Of a DNA stretch of 64,000 bases, positions 54,867 through 64,000 are shown piece by piece; within the stretch, counting starts at the first letter, position 1; each line of letters opens with the position of its first letter. This stretch comes from Nitrospirota bacterium. Its GTDB lineage: Bacteria; Nitrospirota; Nitrospiria; Nitrospirales; NS-4. Position numbers and translations under genes: made by a program. The stretch lies in assembly GCA_963788195.1 (NCBI GenBank), contig CAWBGA010000001.1:320001-384000 (forward strand). The letters run 5' to 3'. The notes below the pieces were generated by a model. It was not told where the DNA came from and searched no databases. It saw nothing but the letters and a program-made list of their open reading frames with translations.

Positions 54867-56138
54867 ATGGTTCTGCAACCCTACGACGAATTTAACACGT
54901 CCACGTTCAGACTGGCAGTCGCTCAATTCGAAGAGGCCGCCGATCGGCTCGGATTGAGTCCCCTTCTCCGGGATCGCTTGAAGCTTCCGCAGCGGGCCCT
55001 CATCGTGTCGGTTCCGATTCGTATGGACGATGGCACTGTGAAGGTTTTCGCAGGGTACCGAGTCCAGCATGATACGGCGCTCGGCCCTTCCAAGGGTGGC
55101 GTTCGCTTTCACTCTGAAGTCAATCTGGGGGAGGTTGCCGCGCTTGCTATGTGGATGACCTGGAAATGCGCGCTGGTGGGGTTGCCTTACGGCGGTGCCA
55201 AGGGTGGCGTTCGGGTCGCGCCGGAACAGCTGTCACGGGGGGAGTTAGAGCGACTGACGCGGCGCTACACCGCCGAGATCGCGCCCCATATCGGACCGGA
55301 GGAAGACATCCCCGCGCCGGATGTGGGCACCAATTCGCAGGTTATGGCCTGGATGATGGACACCTATAGCCAGCAGGTGGGGTACGCGGTTCCTGGAGTT
55401 GTCACCGGCAAACCGCTGTCGATCGGAGGGAGCCTCGGTCGAGAGGACGCCACCGGGCGAGGCGTTGTGGATGTGACAACGGAGGCTTTGAAGCGATTTA
55501 ACCTGACCATGACGGACGCCACTGTCGTCATCCAAGGGTTCGGCAATGTCGGGATGCACACGGCGATGATCATCCATCAGGCGGGCGCCAAAGTTCTCGC
55601 AGTGAGCGATGCCAAGGGCGGGATTTATAATCCCCAGGGCATCGATATCCCGACGTTGGTTTCGCGATATGACAGTAAAACCCGGCCGCTCGCCGAGTGC
55701 GAAGCAGGCGAGGCCATCACGAACGAGGAACTCCTTCAGTTGCCGTGTACGGTTCTCGTTCCGGCGGCGCTATCCGAGCAGATCACGGTTGCCAACGCGG
55801 GCAAGCTGCGTTGCCGCATCCTCGCGGAGGGTGCGAATGGGCCCACCACCCTCGAGGCCGATCGCGTGCTCGAAGAGCGGGGCATTTTCATCATTCCTGA
55901 CATTTTGGCCAATTCGGGCGGCGTGATCGTGTCATATTTCGAGTGGGTCCAAGACGTTCAGAAGTACTTCTGGAATGCACAGGACATCCAAGAGCGTTTG
56001 TACGCCATCATTACCAGTTCGTTTCAGCGAACGGTGGCATTCGCCGAGAATCGAAAGGTGAGCATGCGAATGGCGGCGCTGATGTGCGGCATTGACAGGA
56101 CCGCGCAGGCGCATCTCGTTCGCGGACTCTATCCGTGA
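54867..56138 (+). CDS. gdhA: Glutamate dehydrogenase (Glu/Leu/Phe/Val family)
   Basis: KGGVRF, GGAKGG, PAPDVG, GFGNVG, EGANGP. Confidence 0.92.
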   Translation: MVLQPYDEFNTSTFRLAVAQFEEAADRLGLSPLLRDRLKLPQRALIVSVPIRMDDGTVKVFAGYRVQHDTALGPSKGGVRFHSEVNLGEVAALAMWMTWKCALVGLPYGGAKGGVRVAPEQLSRGELERLTRRYTAEIAPHIGPEEDIPAPDVGTNSQVMAWMMDTYSQQVGYAVPGVVTGKPLSIGGSLGREDATGRGVVDVTTEALKRFNLTMTDATVVIQGFGNVGMHTAMIIHQAGAKVLAVSDAKGGIYNPQGIDIPTLVSRYDSKTRPLAECEAGEAITNEELLQLPCTVLVPAALSEQITVANAGKLRCRILAEGANGPTTLEADRVLEERGIFIIPDILANSGGVIVSYFEWVQDVQKYFWNAQDIQERLYAIITSSFQRTVAFAENRKVSMRMAALMCGIDRTAQAHLVRGLYP

Positions 56139-56515
56139 GATGGCTCGTCTTCACAACGATTGGGGTGCTGTGGTTTTCATTAGGAATGGGGCTGATTATC
56201 GCGCCGGCGTGGACGGTGGTAATGGTGGAACGTCTCATATCGGATGAGTTTCGCCTGTTCGTACTGATTCAGTTAGAAATCATTGTAAGCCTGGCCCTGG
56301 TTGTCGGAACAACTGGTTTGCATTTTCATGGTTTATGGATCGTGCTTGGCTGTATAGGCCTTCTGAAGGGCCTCTTTTTTACGTGGGCGCCGATCGGCCG
56401 CCGCGAAGCGGTGCTCGACTGGGCCCTCAAGCGACCGTTCTGGGAGTATCGGGTCTGCGGTATAATTCTGGTCGCCTTAGCCACGATGCTGGCGTACGGA
56501 ATCAGCGTGCTCTAA
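56135..56515 (+). CDS. Hypothetical membrane protein (about 4 TM)
   Basis: Hydrophobic; GTGA overlap with gdh. Confidence 0.7.
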   Translation: MRWLVFTTIGVLWFSLGMGLIIAPAWTVVMVERLISDEFRLFVLIQLEIIVSLALVVGTTGLHFHGLWIVLGCIGLLKGLFFTWAPIGRREAVLDWALKRPFWEYRVCGIILVALATMLAYGISVL

Positions 56516-56524
56516 GGAGCGGCG

Positions 56525-56860
56525 GTGGCAGAAACACTAGTGGCACTCTGGGGACGTCATCAGCAGGAAGCGCTGCCGGAGGTCCCGGCGTTGAACAAAG
56601 GGGAGCTCTGGGTTCTTGATGAGGTCATCGGTGGCTGTATCTCTTATTACCTGGACGCCGGCCGAACTCTCGATATGCAGCGCCTCGCCATTCTGCGCGA
56701 TTGCCGAGCGGATCTGGATCGGTTGCTCCCAGAGCTGGAAGGGCCGGCGCTAGATTATTTCCGCCGGCTTGGAACTCTGGCGGAGCTTGTCCTGAGCTCC
56801 GACGCTACCGAACATAAATCGCTTGAGGCAAGCGATGATACGGGGACCCAGGGACGCTAG
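56525..56860 (+). CDS. Hypothetical protein
   Basis: AAGGAG RBS; operon position. Confidence 0.65.
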   Translation: MAETLVALWGRHQQEALPEVPALNKGELWVLDEVIGGCISYYLDAGRTLDMQRLAILRDCRADLDRLLPELEGPALDYFRRLGTLAELVLSSDATEHKSLEASDDTGTQGR

Positions 56861-56941
56861 CGTGCTTGCATCTCCAGAGCTGGTTCGCTAATATCCGTCG
56901 GTTATTCTACGGGCATGATCTTTTTTACTGGGAGGGAAAGC

Positions 56942-57472
56942 ATGCGCAGGTTTAAGAAAATCCTTCCGGCCGTCCTCAGCCTGGCGATTGTCTTCCTGGC
57001 CGCTCACGACGTCGCGGCCGAATCCTATGAACTGACTGAAACTGATGTAAATGACATTTCAAAGGTTAATACCCCTGAAATTTCATTGTTCGGGATCAAG
57101 CTGGGCGATCCCGAAGACAAGGTGAAAGAAAAGCTGATCAAAATTAAGATCCCCGGCGTCAAGGTCGAAATTCAGGACGTCTATGTAATGCTCTATGACA
57201 GGCGGAGCCCGGGCAATCCCATGGCCGGTATACGGTTGAGCGACGGGAAAGTCGATTATATATTTATCAATCAACGGTTTGCGCATCTCGCGTCCGGCGT
57301 CTTTCGCTCGGTCTTGCGTGGTGAGGGAGTGGAGGAAGCGCGGAAACTCCTCGGCAAAGAGGAGTTCTCTGAAGACCAGACGACATTTACCCGACTGAAC
57401 TATAAAGGCGGGACGATGGTCCTTGTCTTTTCTGGGCGGGATATAACCGTCGAATTCAACGCAGCGGTCTAG
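56942..57472 (+). CDS. Hypothetical exported protein
   Basis: GGAGG RBS; signal peptide ending VAA. Confidence 0.7.
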   Translation: MRRFKKILPAVLSLAIVFLAAHDVAAESYELTETDVNDISKVNTPEISLFGIKLGDPEDKVKEKLIKIKIPGVKVEIQDVYVMLYDRRSPGNPMAGIRLSDGKVDYIFINQRFAHLASGVFRSVLRGEGVEEARKLLGKEEFSEDQTTFTRLNYKGGTMVLVFSGRDITVEFNAAV

Positions 57473-57475
57473 ACG

Positions 57476-58408
57476 TTAATAACTGTCAAGAATCGTCGGG
57501 GCATCACGCAACTCACCTTCCAACAGAGTTTGCGCGGTGCTCCATCGCTGGCGCGAATTCAGCAGCACCAGGAGGAGTTCCTTATCGCCCCTGCGGACGA
57601 CGGTGATCAGGCAGCGTCCCGCGGCTTTCGTATAACCGGTCTTTACACCGACGACGCCATCCATGACGCCCAGGAGGCGGTTCGTCGTCCGGGATACAAA
57701 CGCTCGCGATTGGTTCACCTGACGTAACACCGCCATCGGCTCCTTCACGATGGTGGAGAAGGTGTCATATCCCATCGCATATTCCGTCAGCTTTGCGAGT
57801 TCTTCCGCCGTCGAGTAGTGTTGAACCATATTGAACCCGCAGGCATTACGGAATTGTGTCTGTGTCAGCCCTAATTCCTGAGCCTTGGCATTCATCTTAT
57901 CGACAAAGGCCTCTTCCGTCCCCGCGATGTGCTCGGCCGCGGCAAGACAGGCGTCGTTCGCTGATCGGATCAGCATTGCCTCCAACAGGCCTCTCAGTGG
58001 AAAGACCTGGCCCCGTTTCAAGTACATTTTCGTGGGGAGGGCGGCAGCCGCGCGGCGGCTGATCACGACCGAATCTTCGAGATTGCCTTCTGACAGGATC
58101 ACGATCGCCGACATGATTTTGGTCAGGCTTGCAGGAGGCATCTGCTCTTTCGCACGCTGCTCGAATAGGATTCGTCCGGTGGTGAGGTCCTTCAGTAAAA
58201 TGGCTTCCGCCCGTGGCGTTACCGCTCGAAACTTTCTCTTGTAGACACGGTGCAGCCTGGCCTTGGCGCCCTTGACGGTATGTGCCCGGGAAAGCCGTTT
58301 CGAAGCCTTACTGTCCTTGTCTTGCGCCATGGTCGGGTGACTCTGGGCAAGACAGAGGATCGTGAAGATCACAGCGATCATCGTGGCGGCCGGGCGGGTG
58401 GCCTTCAT
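57476..58408 (-). CDS. D-alanyl-D-alanine carboxypeptidase (peptidase S11)
   Basis: ASLTK (SxxK), SAN (SxN) and KTG motifs. Confidence 0.9.
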   Translation of the reverse strand: MKATRPAATMIAVIFTILCLAQSHPTMAQDKDSKASKRLSRAHTVKGAKARLHRVYKRKFRAVTPRAEAILLKDLTTGRILFEQRAKEQMPPASLTKIMSAIVILSEGNLEDSVVISRRAAAALPTKMYLKRGQVFPLRGLLEAMLIRSANDACLAAAEHIAGTEEAFVDKMNAKAQELGLTQTQFRNACGFNMVQHYSTAEELAKLTEYAMGYDTFSTIVKEPMAVLRQVNQSRAFVSRTTNRLLGVMDGVVGVKTGYTKAAGRCLITVVRRGDKELLLVLLNSRQRWSTAQTLLEGELRDAPTILDSY

Positions 58409-58593
58409 GAAGGGATCGTGGCGCCAGGCTTCAGATCCTTTTCGCTGGCTTGCAAGACCCGATGGAAAAAACGTAGAAGGTCGGCCAGATCGAGCCAAAA
58501 CCCACAGTTAAGGCAGCGGGCGTAGAGGCGACGGCTGTCCAATGTGTACTGCCGTTCGGCGAGCATAAAACCTTGACATTTCAAACATGTCAT
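58405..58593 (-). CDS. Small zinc-finger protein
   Basis: CLKCQG...RCLNCG; ATGA overlap with the downstream peptidase. Confidence 0.7.
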   Translation of the reverse strand: MTCLKCQGFMLAERQYTLDSRRLYARCLNCGFWLDLADLLRFFHRVLQASEKDLKPGATIPS

Positions 58594-58646
58594 CGATGGC
58601 ACTGTGACATTGCCTCTGGCCTATGTCAAGATTTCGGAGGCGGCAT

Positions 58647-58829
58647 TTATTTGATTCGATTCAATATGATCGCAATACAGCCGGCCAGCAGTCCGCCGCC
58701 GGTTATCGTGAGCAGAAAGCCAGCAGAACTCTTGTTGCCATTCAGCAAGTCTTGAAAGCCGCCCTGCACCATTAATACGCCAAGGGTGGTTGCGGCGCCC
58801 GTCAAGAACCACCATAAGAAGGTTTTCAT
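58647..58829 (-). CDS. Small 2-TM protein
   Basis: Two hydrophobic helices. Confidence 0.5.
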   Translation of the reverse strand: MKTFLWWFLTGAATTLGVLMVQGGFQDLLNGNKSSAGFLLTITGGGLLAGCIAIILNRIK

Positions 58830-58909
58830 AATTGGCCCCCGGCACTGCAAGTCAACCCACATCGGCACCGTACAGGAGCGTTAAGGGGCTGTCCAGCCGG
58901 CAGACACCC

Positions 58910-60070
58910 TCATTGGACGGGTACCACATGGGAGCGCGGATCCTTCGCTAAAAAGATTGAGATCGTGCTGGAAATATTGTTCGCGATAGCGAGGCCGGGT
59001 CTCGGATCTTTGGATGTGAAAGCGACCGAGGCGATGGCAAACGGCGCTGCTCCGCTTTTGTAACTTCGCGGCGGTTGCCAGAACGTGCCGTCCCCCTTGC
59101 CGAGCACAATCGACAAATCGCCGGAGAGGTTATTGACGACCGCCACATCAGTCTTGCCGTCCGCGTCAAAGTCGCCGGTGACCATCGCCATCGGACCTGC
59201 ATTTGCTCCGAAAGCGGCGCCTTTCGTGAACGTGCCGTCCCCTTTGCCGAGAAATACCGTGATGTCATCCATCTCGCCATTGACCACCAGCATATCCATA
59301 TAGCGATCGCCATTCAGGTCCAGAATCGATACACCCAGAGGCCGATGTCCGGTCTTGTAGGCGCTGGGAGCATCAAACGTGCCGTCGCCTTTACCCAGAA
59401 ACACTGCCACGGAGCTACTCATCTGTCCGCCTTGGGTAACCGCTAGGTCCAAGACCCCGTCGCCGTTGATGTCCGCAGCCGCGACAGCTGTAGGCGTGTC
59501 CCCATATTCATACAGCGCTTTTTGGGCGAACTTGGCCGTTGCCCCGACCAAGTAGAATCATGAGCTTGTCGTTTCTCAGGGCGACGGCGAGATCGGGATG
59601 TCCATCCTTATTAAAATCCCCCCAGGCAAGGGCAACCGGCGACTTGACGGCGGGATACGTTTCGCCCTTGGTAAATTGTCCGGCGCCGTTTCCCAACAAT
59701 ATCGTCACGCGGTTATTCCCGACATTGGCGACAGCGAGATCTAGGCGCCCATCGCCATTCAGATCGTGCAAGATCAGAGCCCGCGGCTGTTCGGGTACCC
59801 GTAGGGTCATCGGCTCCCGAAAACTTCCGTCCCCATTACCGATGAGAATGGTCAGGGAGTCACTGCCGATGTTCGTCGTAATGATATCGCCGAGGCCGTC
59901 GCCGTTGACGTCGCCGGAGACGATGCTGGTAGGGTTTTTACCTACGCATATGAATGATAGAGATAGAACAAGTCGGGGACTTGGTGAGATTCGCGCTGGG
60001 TGCAGGCGCTAGGGGCAATAAGAGCGACACTGCCGAGGAATCCCAACATCCGCAGCAACGACATTCGCAT
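58910..60070 (-). CDS. FG-GAP/VCBS repeat lipoprotein, frameshifted
   Basis: Repeated D(L/F/I)NGDG.xD and LGKGDGTF units; signal ending SAC. Confidence 0.85.
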
Positions 60071-60095
60071 AGTAAAGGCATTGTACCGGGACAGC

Positions 60096-60515
60096 AGGGG
60101 GAAAAGGAATCTGTCTTGGCAGATTCCAGGGCGGGCGGGAGCAAGAGGGGCCAAGTATTCAGGCTCGGGGCGGGTCGGGTGCAATGGCGGGTGCAATGGG
60201 GCAAAAGAAATCTGTCTTGGGAAAAGGCTGTCTGGCATGCGGGGACAGGGGGAAAGGACGCTGTCCTGGGGGCAAGAAGTTTGTCTTGGCAAACTGGGGT
60301 CAGGAGGTGGGATGGGGTGCATCGATGGGGTGAAGCGGGTCAAAGAGATGGGAGACTATCAGGGTGGCCTAAAAGAGTCATCAGGCCTCACGGGAAAAGA
60401 GCTCTCTGCTTCAGGCTCGGGGTGGGTTGGGTGCAATGTCGAGCAAGCTCGCTTGGTGGGTGCAAGGGGAAAAGGAGTTTGTCTTGGCAAACTCCCGGGA
60501 TGGGCGGGTGTAATG
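60096..60515 (+). repeat. G-rich modular repeat, locus C (largest, several modules)
   Basis: Hairpins at 60106-127, 60278-295 and 60474-495, all with a TCTTGG loop; repeated GGGTGCAA and TTCAGGCTCGGGG modules. Confidence 0.85.
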
Positions 60516-60605
60516 TGGTATGCCATGGGAGCATCTTGCGAAACCGGTTGCACGCAATTCCTGCAGCTGTTGCGCCGCATTCAATGCTGAGTTAGACTTT
60601 CACGC

Positions 60606-61901
60606 ATGCCGGTGGTCTACATTGAGAACTTGTCGCAGCATTCGGATCAGGAAGTAAGTGTGCGCGGCTGGCTACGCCATAAGCGAATCGGGGGCAAGAT
60701 CGCTTTTCTTGTGCTGCGGGACGGCACCGGCGACATGCAGGCGGTAGTGAGTAAGGCGGTGGTAGGAGAAGAGATGTTCTCGCAGGTCACCAAATTGACG
60801 CAAGAATCCTCGCTGATCGTGACCGGACAGGTCCGCGCCGATGCCCGAGCGCCGGGAGGGTTTGAACTCGACGTCAAGAATATCCAGGTTGTCCAACTCG
60901 TGACGGAGGAGTTCCCGATTCAGGCGAAGGAGCACGGTACGGGATTTCTCATGGAGAATCGGCATCTCTGGCTTCGCTCGCACCGTCAACATGCCATTCT
61001 TCGTATTCGGCACGAAATTATCAGGGCCTCCCGCAATTTCTTTGATGAGAGGGGATTTGTTTTGGTTGACACGCCGATCTTCACACCCAATGCCTGTGAA
61101 GGAACGACGACGCTCTTTGAGACCGATTATTTTGGCGAGAAAGCCTACCTCACACAGAGCGGTCAACTCTATAACGAAGCGACGGCGGCTGCCTTCGGTA
61201 AAGTCTATTGCTTCGGTCCGACATTTCGTGCCGAAAAATCCAAGACCCGTCGCCATCTCATGGAATTTTGGATGATTGAACCTGAAGTAGCGTATGCAGA
61301 ACTGCAGGACATGATGATCCTGGCCGAAGAGTTTTTAAGCTTCATCGTCGCCTCGGTTCTGAAAGCGCGAAAAGAGGAACTGAAAGTACTAGAACGAGAC
61401 ATAAAGAGGCTTGAAGCTGTATCGCCCCCATTTCCGCGATTGACGTATCATGATGCCGTAGAACGACTCCGCAAGCACGGTAACCCAATCCAACCCGGAG
61501 AAGACTTTGGCGGCGATGAGGAGACGATTCTGTCCAATGAATTCGACCGCCCGGTCATCATACATAGATACCCCAAGTCGATTAAGGCCTTTTACATGGA
61601 GGAGGATCCGCAAAATTCAGAATTGTCGCTCTGTATGGATGTGCTGGCCCCCGAGGGCTATGGTGAAATCATCGGCGGCGGACAGAGAATTCATGACTAT
61701 GACAAGCTTGAAGGACGCTTGAAAGAGCACCATCTCTCTGAAGAGTCCTTCAAATGGTATCTGGATTTACGAACATTCGGCTCAGTGCCTCATGCAGGAT
61801 TCGGGATGGGAATAGAGCGGGCCGTGTCATGGATCTGCGGTCTCGAACACGTGCGCGAGACAATTGCCTTCCCACGCATGCTGTATCGTATTTATCCCTA
61901 A
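60606..61901 (+). CDS. asnS: Asparagine-tRNA ligase
   Basis: [41 protein letters not shown]. Confidence 0.95.
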   Translation: MPVVYIENLSQHSDQEVSVRGWLRHKRIGGKIAFLVLRDGTGDMQAVVSKAVVGEEMFSQVTKLTQESSLIVTGQVRADARAPGGFELDVKNIQVVQLVTEEFPIQAKEHGTGFLMENRHLWLRSHRQHAILRIRHEIIRASRNFFDERGFVLVDTPIFTPNACEGTTTLFETDYFGEKAYLTQSGQLYNEATAAAFGKVYCFGPTFRAEKSKTRRHLMEFWMIEPEVAYAELQDMMILAEEFLSFIVASVLKARKEELKVLERDIKRLEAVSPPFPRLTYHDAVERLRKHGNPIQPGEDFGGDEETILSNEFDRPVIIHRYPKSIKAFYMEEDPQNSELSLCMDVLAPEGYGEIIGGGQRIHDYDKLEGRLKEHHLSEESFKWYLDLRTFGSVPHAGFGMGIERAVSWICGLEHVRETIAFPRMLYRIYP

Positions 61902-61961
61902 GCAATAAACACCCCATTCGCGCTCTTGCCGTTTCGGTTGCACCCACACCGCTTCGAAAAG

Positions 61962-61970
61962 TTATCCACA
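61962..61970 (+). promoter_or_regulatory. Perfect DnaA box
   Basis: TTATCCACA about 55 bp upstream of the dcw promoter. Confidence 0.55.
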
Positions 61971-62025
61971 GGAAGGAGCGGTGCTCTATACTTTCGATAT
62001 GTCTAGGTAAATACTGTTTTTAATC

Positions 62026-62089
62026 TTGACATCTTCTCTGGAAAGCCTATACTCCAAAAAGTTAGTGGGTGAAAGTGGGAATGAGTGGA
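62026..62089 (+). promoter_or_regulatory. dcw sigma-70 promoter with three MraZ-type boxes
   Basis: TTGACA (62026)-16 bp-TATACT (62048); GTGGG/GTGGG/GTGGA at 62065, 62075, 62085. Confidence 0.8.
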
Positions 62090-62999
62090 AGGTGAAACGA
62101 AATTACATCGGCCAGTTATGCTCGCGGAAGTTCTTGACTGGCTGCAGCCTCGCCCGGGTGCGATCTATCTGGATGGAACGGTCGGAGAAGGAGGTCACAG
62201 CGAAGCGATCCTGCAGGCTTCCAGTCCAACCGGCCGACTGGTGGGATTTGACCGAGACGCCGAGGCAATTGCAGCGGCCCAACATGCGCTGCAATCCTAT
62301 GGCGGGCGGGCTATGTTGATTCATGCCTCTTACCGAGAAGCAGGGACCGTCCTTCGAGATATGGGCATTGTCGGTGTGGACGGGGCGCTTCTTGATCTCG
62401 GAGTCTCTTCGCGGCAGCTCGATACCTCGGCTCGCGGATTCAGTTTCCAAACCCAGGGTCCACTGGATATGCGGATGAATCCGCATGATTCGCTGACGGC
62501 GGCGGACCTTGTCAACCGTCTGCCCGAGACGGAGCTGGCTCGAATTCTTTACGAGTATGGAGAGGAGCGCTATTCACGGCGGATCGCGCGCGCGATTATT
62601 CGCCGGCGTCAAAGCGGTGCTATTCTCACGACCCTGGCTCTTGTCGATGTGATTCGCAGCGCTGTTCCGCACGTCTATGTCCACGGCCGACTCCACTTTG
62701 CCACCCGAACCTTCCAAGCTCTTCGGATCGCCGTGAACCATGAGCTCGAAGAACTTGTGTCATCTGTGGGGATGTTGGCACGCCTCCTCTGTCCCGGCGG
62801 GCGGCTGGTCATTCTGTCGTTTCATTCCCTCGAAGACCGGATTGTGAAGCAAGAATTTCGAGAGCTTGCCCGCGATCCCAGCGGCGAATTTTTGATTCTT
62901 ACAAAGCGCCCCATCCCGTCATCCCATGAGGAGAGCCTCGCGAACCCAAGAGCGCGAAGCGCCAAGTTGCGGGTGCTCGCACGAAAGGAGGCAGCATGA
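62085..62999 (+). CDS. rsmH: 16S rRNA m4C1402 methyltransferase
   Basis: HRPVM, DGTVGEGGHS, DLGVSS, LDMRM, SFHSLEDR, NPRARSAKLR. Confidence 0.95.
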   Translation: MEGETKLHRPVMLAEVLDWLQPRPGAIYLDGTVGEGGHSEAILQASSPTGRLVGFDRDAEAIAAAQHALQSYGGRAMLIHASYREAGTVLRDMGIVGVDGALLDLGVSSRQLDTSARGFSFQTQGPLDMRMNPHDSLTAADLVNRLPETELARILYEYGEERYSRRIARAIIRRRQSGAILTTLALVDVIRSAVPHVYVHGRLHFATRTFQALRIAVNHELEELVSSVGMLARLLCPGGRLVILSFHSLEDRIVKQEFRELARDPSGEFLILTKRPIPSSHEESLANPRARSAKLRVLARKEAA

Positions 63000-63301
63000 A
63001 GATCCTGATCGGCACATTGCTGTGGGTCCTCGCGCTGGTTGCTGTCTGTGAGAAAGTGGATGTCTACCGCACCGGGTATGCGATTGAGCAACTGCGCGCG
63101 GAGAAAAAGAAGGCGCAGCAGGAACAGCGGTCCCTGGAGCTGGAGCTGGCCAGAGTCACCGCGCCCGAGCACATCGAGCGAGTGGCGGCGACCAAGCTTG
63201 GCATGGTGCGACCGCGGTATGATCAGGTCGTATTGGTCGGGCCCCGTCCCAAACCACTGAGCCCGGGAGCGCTGCCCGTAGCGCATCTTGCCTCGCATTG
63301 A
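62996..63301 (+). CDS. ftsL: Cell division protein FtsL
   Basis: TM plus coiled coil, IERVA..KLGM; lies between rsmH and ftsI. Confidence 0.85.
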   Translation: MKILIGTLLWVLALVAVCEKVDVYRTGYAIEQLRAEKKKAQQEQRSLELELARVTAPEHIERVAATKLGMVRPRYDQVVLVGPRPKPLSPGALPVAHLASH

Positions 63302-63314
63302 GGGATTATCAGGT

Positions 63315-64000
63315 ATGATTGAGCCTCGAGAGAGACGAGGGCGCTTCATCGTCGCCGGCGTGATAGTCGGCCTCGGCTTCTTCGTGGTTCTTGCGCGGCT
63401 GTTTCAGTTGCAAGTAATTCAGGCCGCAGATCTGGAGCAGAAGGCAGGGCGCCAACATCATAGAGTCCTTACGGTCGAAGGCGGGCGAGGCACAATCTAC
63501 GACCGTGGCGGCAAAATCCTCTCTATGAATCTGGATGTGCCCTCCGTCTTCGGAGAGCCACGGGCAATCGCAGATGCCCAGAAGACAGCCTCCCGGCTGG
63601 CTGGAGTGCTCCTTGCCGATGTGGGGCAGTTGGAAGCCAAGCTTAAGACCGGTCGCGGCTTTGTCTGGCTCGAGCGGCGGCTGGCCCCGGAAAAAGCGGA
63701 ACGGTTGCGGGCGTTGTCGCTGCCGGGAATCGGATGGATCCCGGAGGGGCGCCATTTCTATCCCAACGGCTCGTTGCTCGCGCATGTATTGGGCTTTGCG
63801 AATATTGATAACGACGGCCTCGAGGGATTGGAGCGACGATATGACGGCCATCTCAGAGGCGAGCGAGGACATTTTATTGTCGAGCAGGATGCCCTGGGAG
63901 GCGCGGTGTTTCCCAAAGGGTTGAACTACTCCGCGCCGTCTGCCGGGAAAGGATCTCATTCTCACGGTCGACGAGGTCATTCAATACATCGCAGAGCAGG
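63315..64000 (+). CDS. ftsI: Penicillin-binding protein FtsI/PBP3, 3'-truncated by window edge
   Basis: TM helix, RGTIYDRGG, FYPNG, GLEGLE; dcw order. Confidence 0.88.
   Translation, partial: MIEPRERRGRFIVAGVIVGLGFFVVLARLFQLQVIQAADLEQKAGRQHHRVLTVEGGRGTIYDRGGKILSMNLDVPSVFGEPRAIADAQKTASRLAGVLLADVGQLEAKLKTGRGFVWLERRLAPEKAERLRALSLPGIGWIPEGRHFYPNGSLLAHVLGFANIDNDGLEGLERRYDGHLRGERGHFIVEQDALGGAVFPKGLNYSAPSAGKGSHSHGRRGHSIHRRA

Noticed and set aside
60096..60515. CRISPR array
   Set aside because: Repeats are not identical or evenly spaced, the intervening sequence is itself repetitive, and there are no cas genes.
59942..60595. Several overlapping ORFs of 73-213 aa
   Set aside because: They are low-complexity translations of the stop-poor G-rich repeat and overlap the FG-GAP gene start.
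61902..62060. Replication origin
   Set aside because: Only one clear DnaA box and no obvious unwinding element; it fits a promoter-proximal site better.

Overview
A gene-dense, mostly GC-rich bacterial chromosome segment, probably Nitrospirota. That assignment is inferred from the chlorite dismutase, SmbP, the paired DUF507 genes and small Nitrospira-type proteins. Most genes are housekeeping or metabolic: malic enzyme, fadD, apaH, HDAC and sirtuin deacylases, an ATP-dependent DNA ligase, tldD/pmbA, cld, MoxR-DUF58-transglutaminase, nfeD/stomatin, trkH/trkA, a sigma-70 factor, lipB, gdh, asnS and the start of the dcw cluster. About 20 genes carry single-base frameshifts, most likely unpolished long-read errors. 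Five things stand out. (1) A complete IS110/IS621-type element (49753-50929) sits in a REP-like palindrome, and its left end carries a readable bridge RNA whose guides match its own target and donor junctions. (2) An unexplained modular G-rich intergenic repeat family occurs at six loci, with hairpins that keep a TCTTGG loop on covarying stems. (3) A tandem-duplicated malic enzyme has two halves that lost complementary catalytic residues. (4) A c-di-GMP-I-like RNA motif lies upstream of the sigma factor. (5) The dcw promoter retains MraZ boxes although no mraZ gene precedes rsmH. No rRNA, tRNA or CRISPR array was seen.
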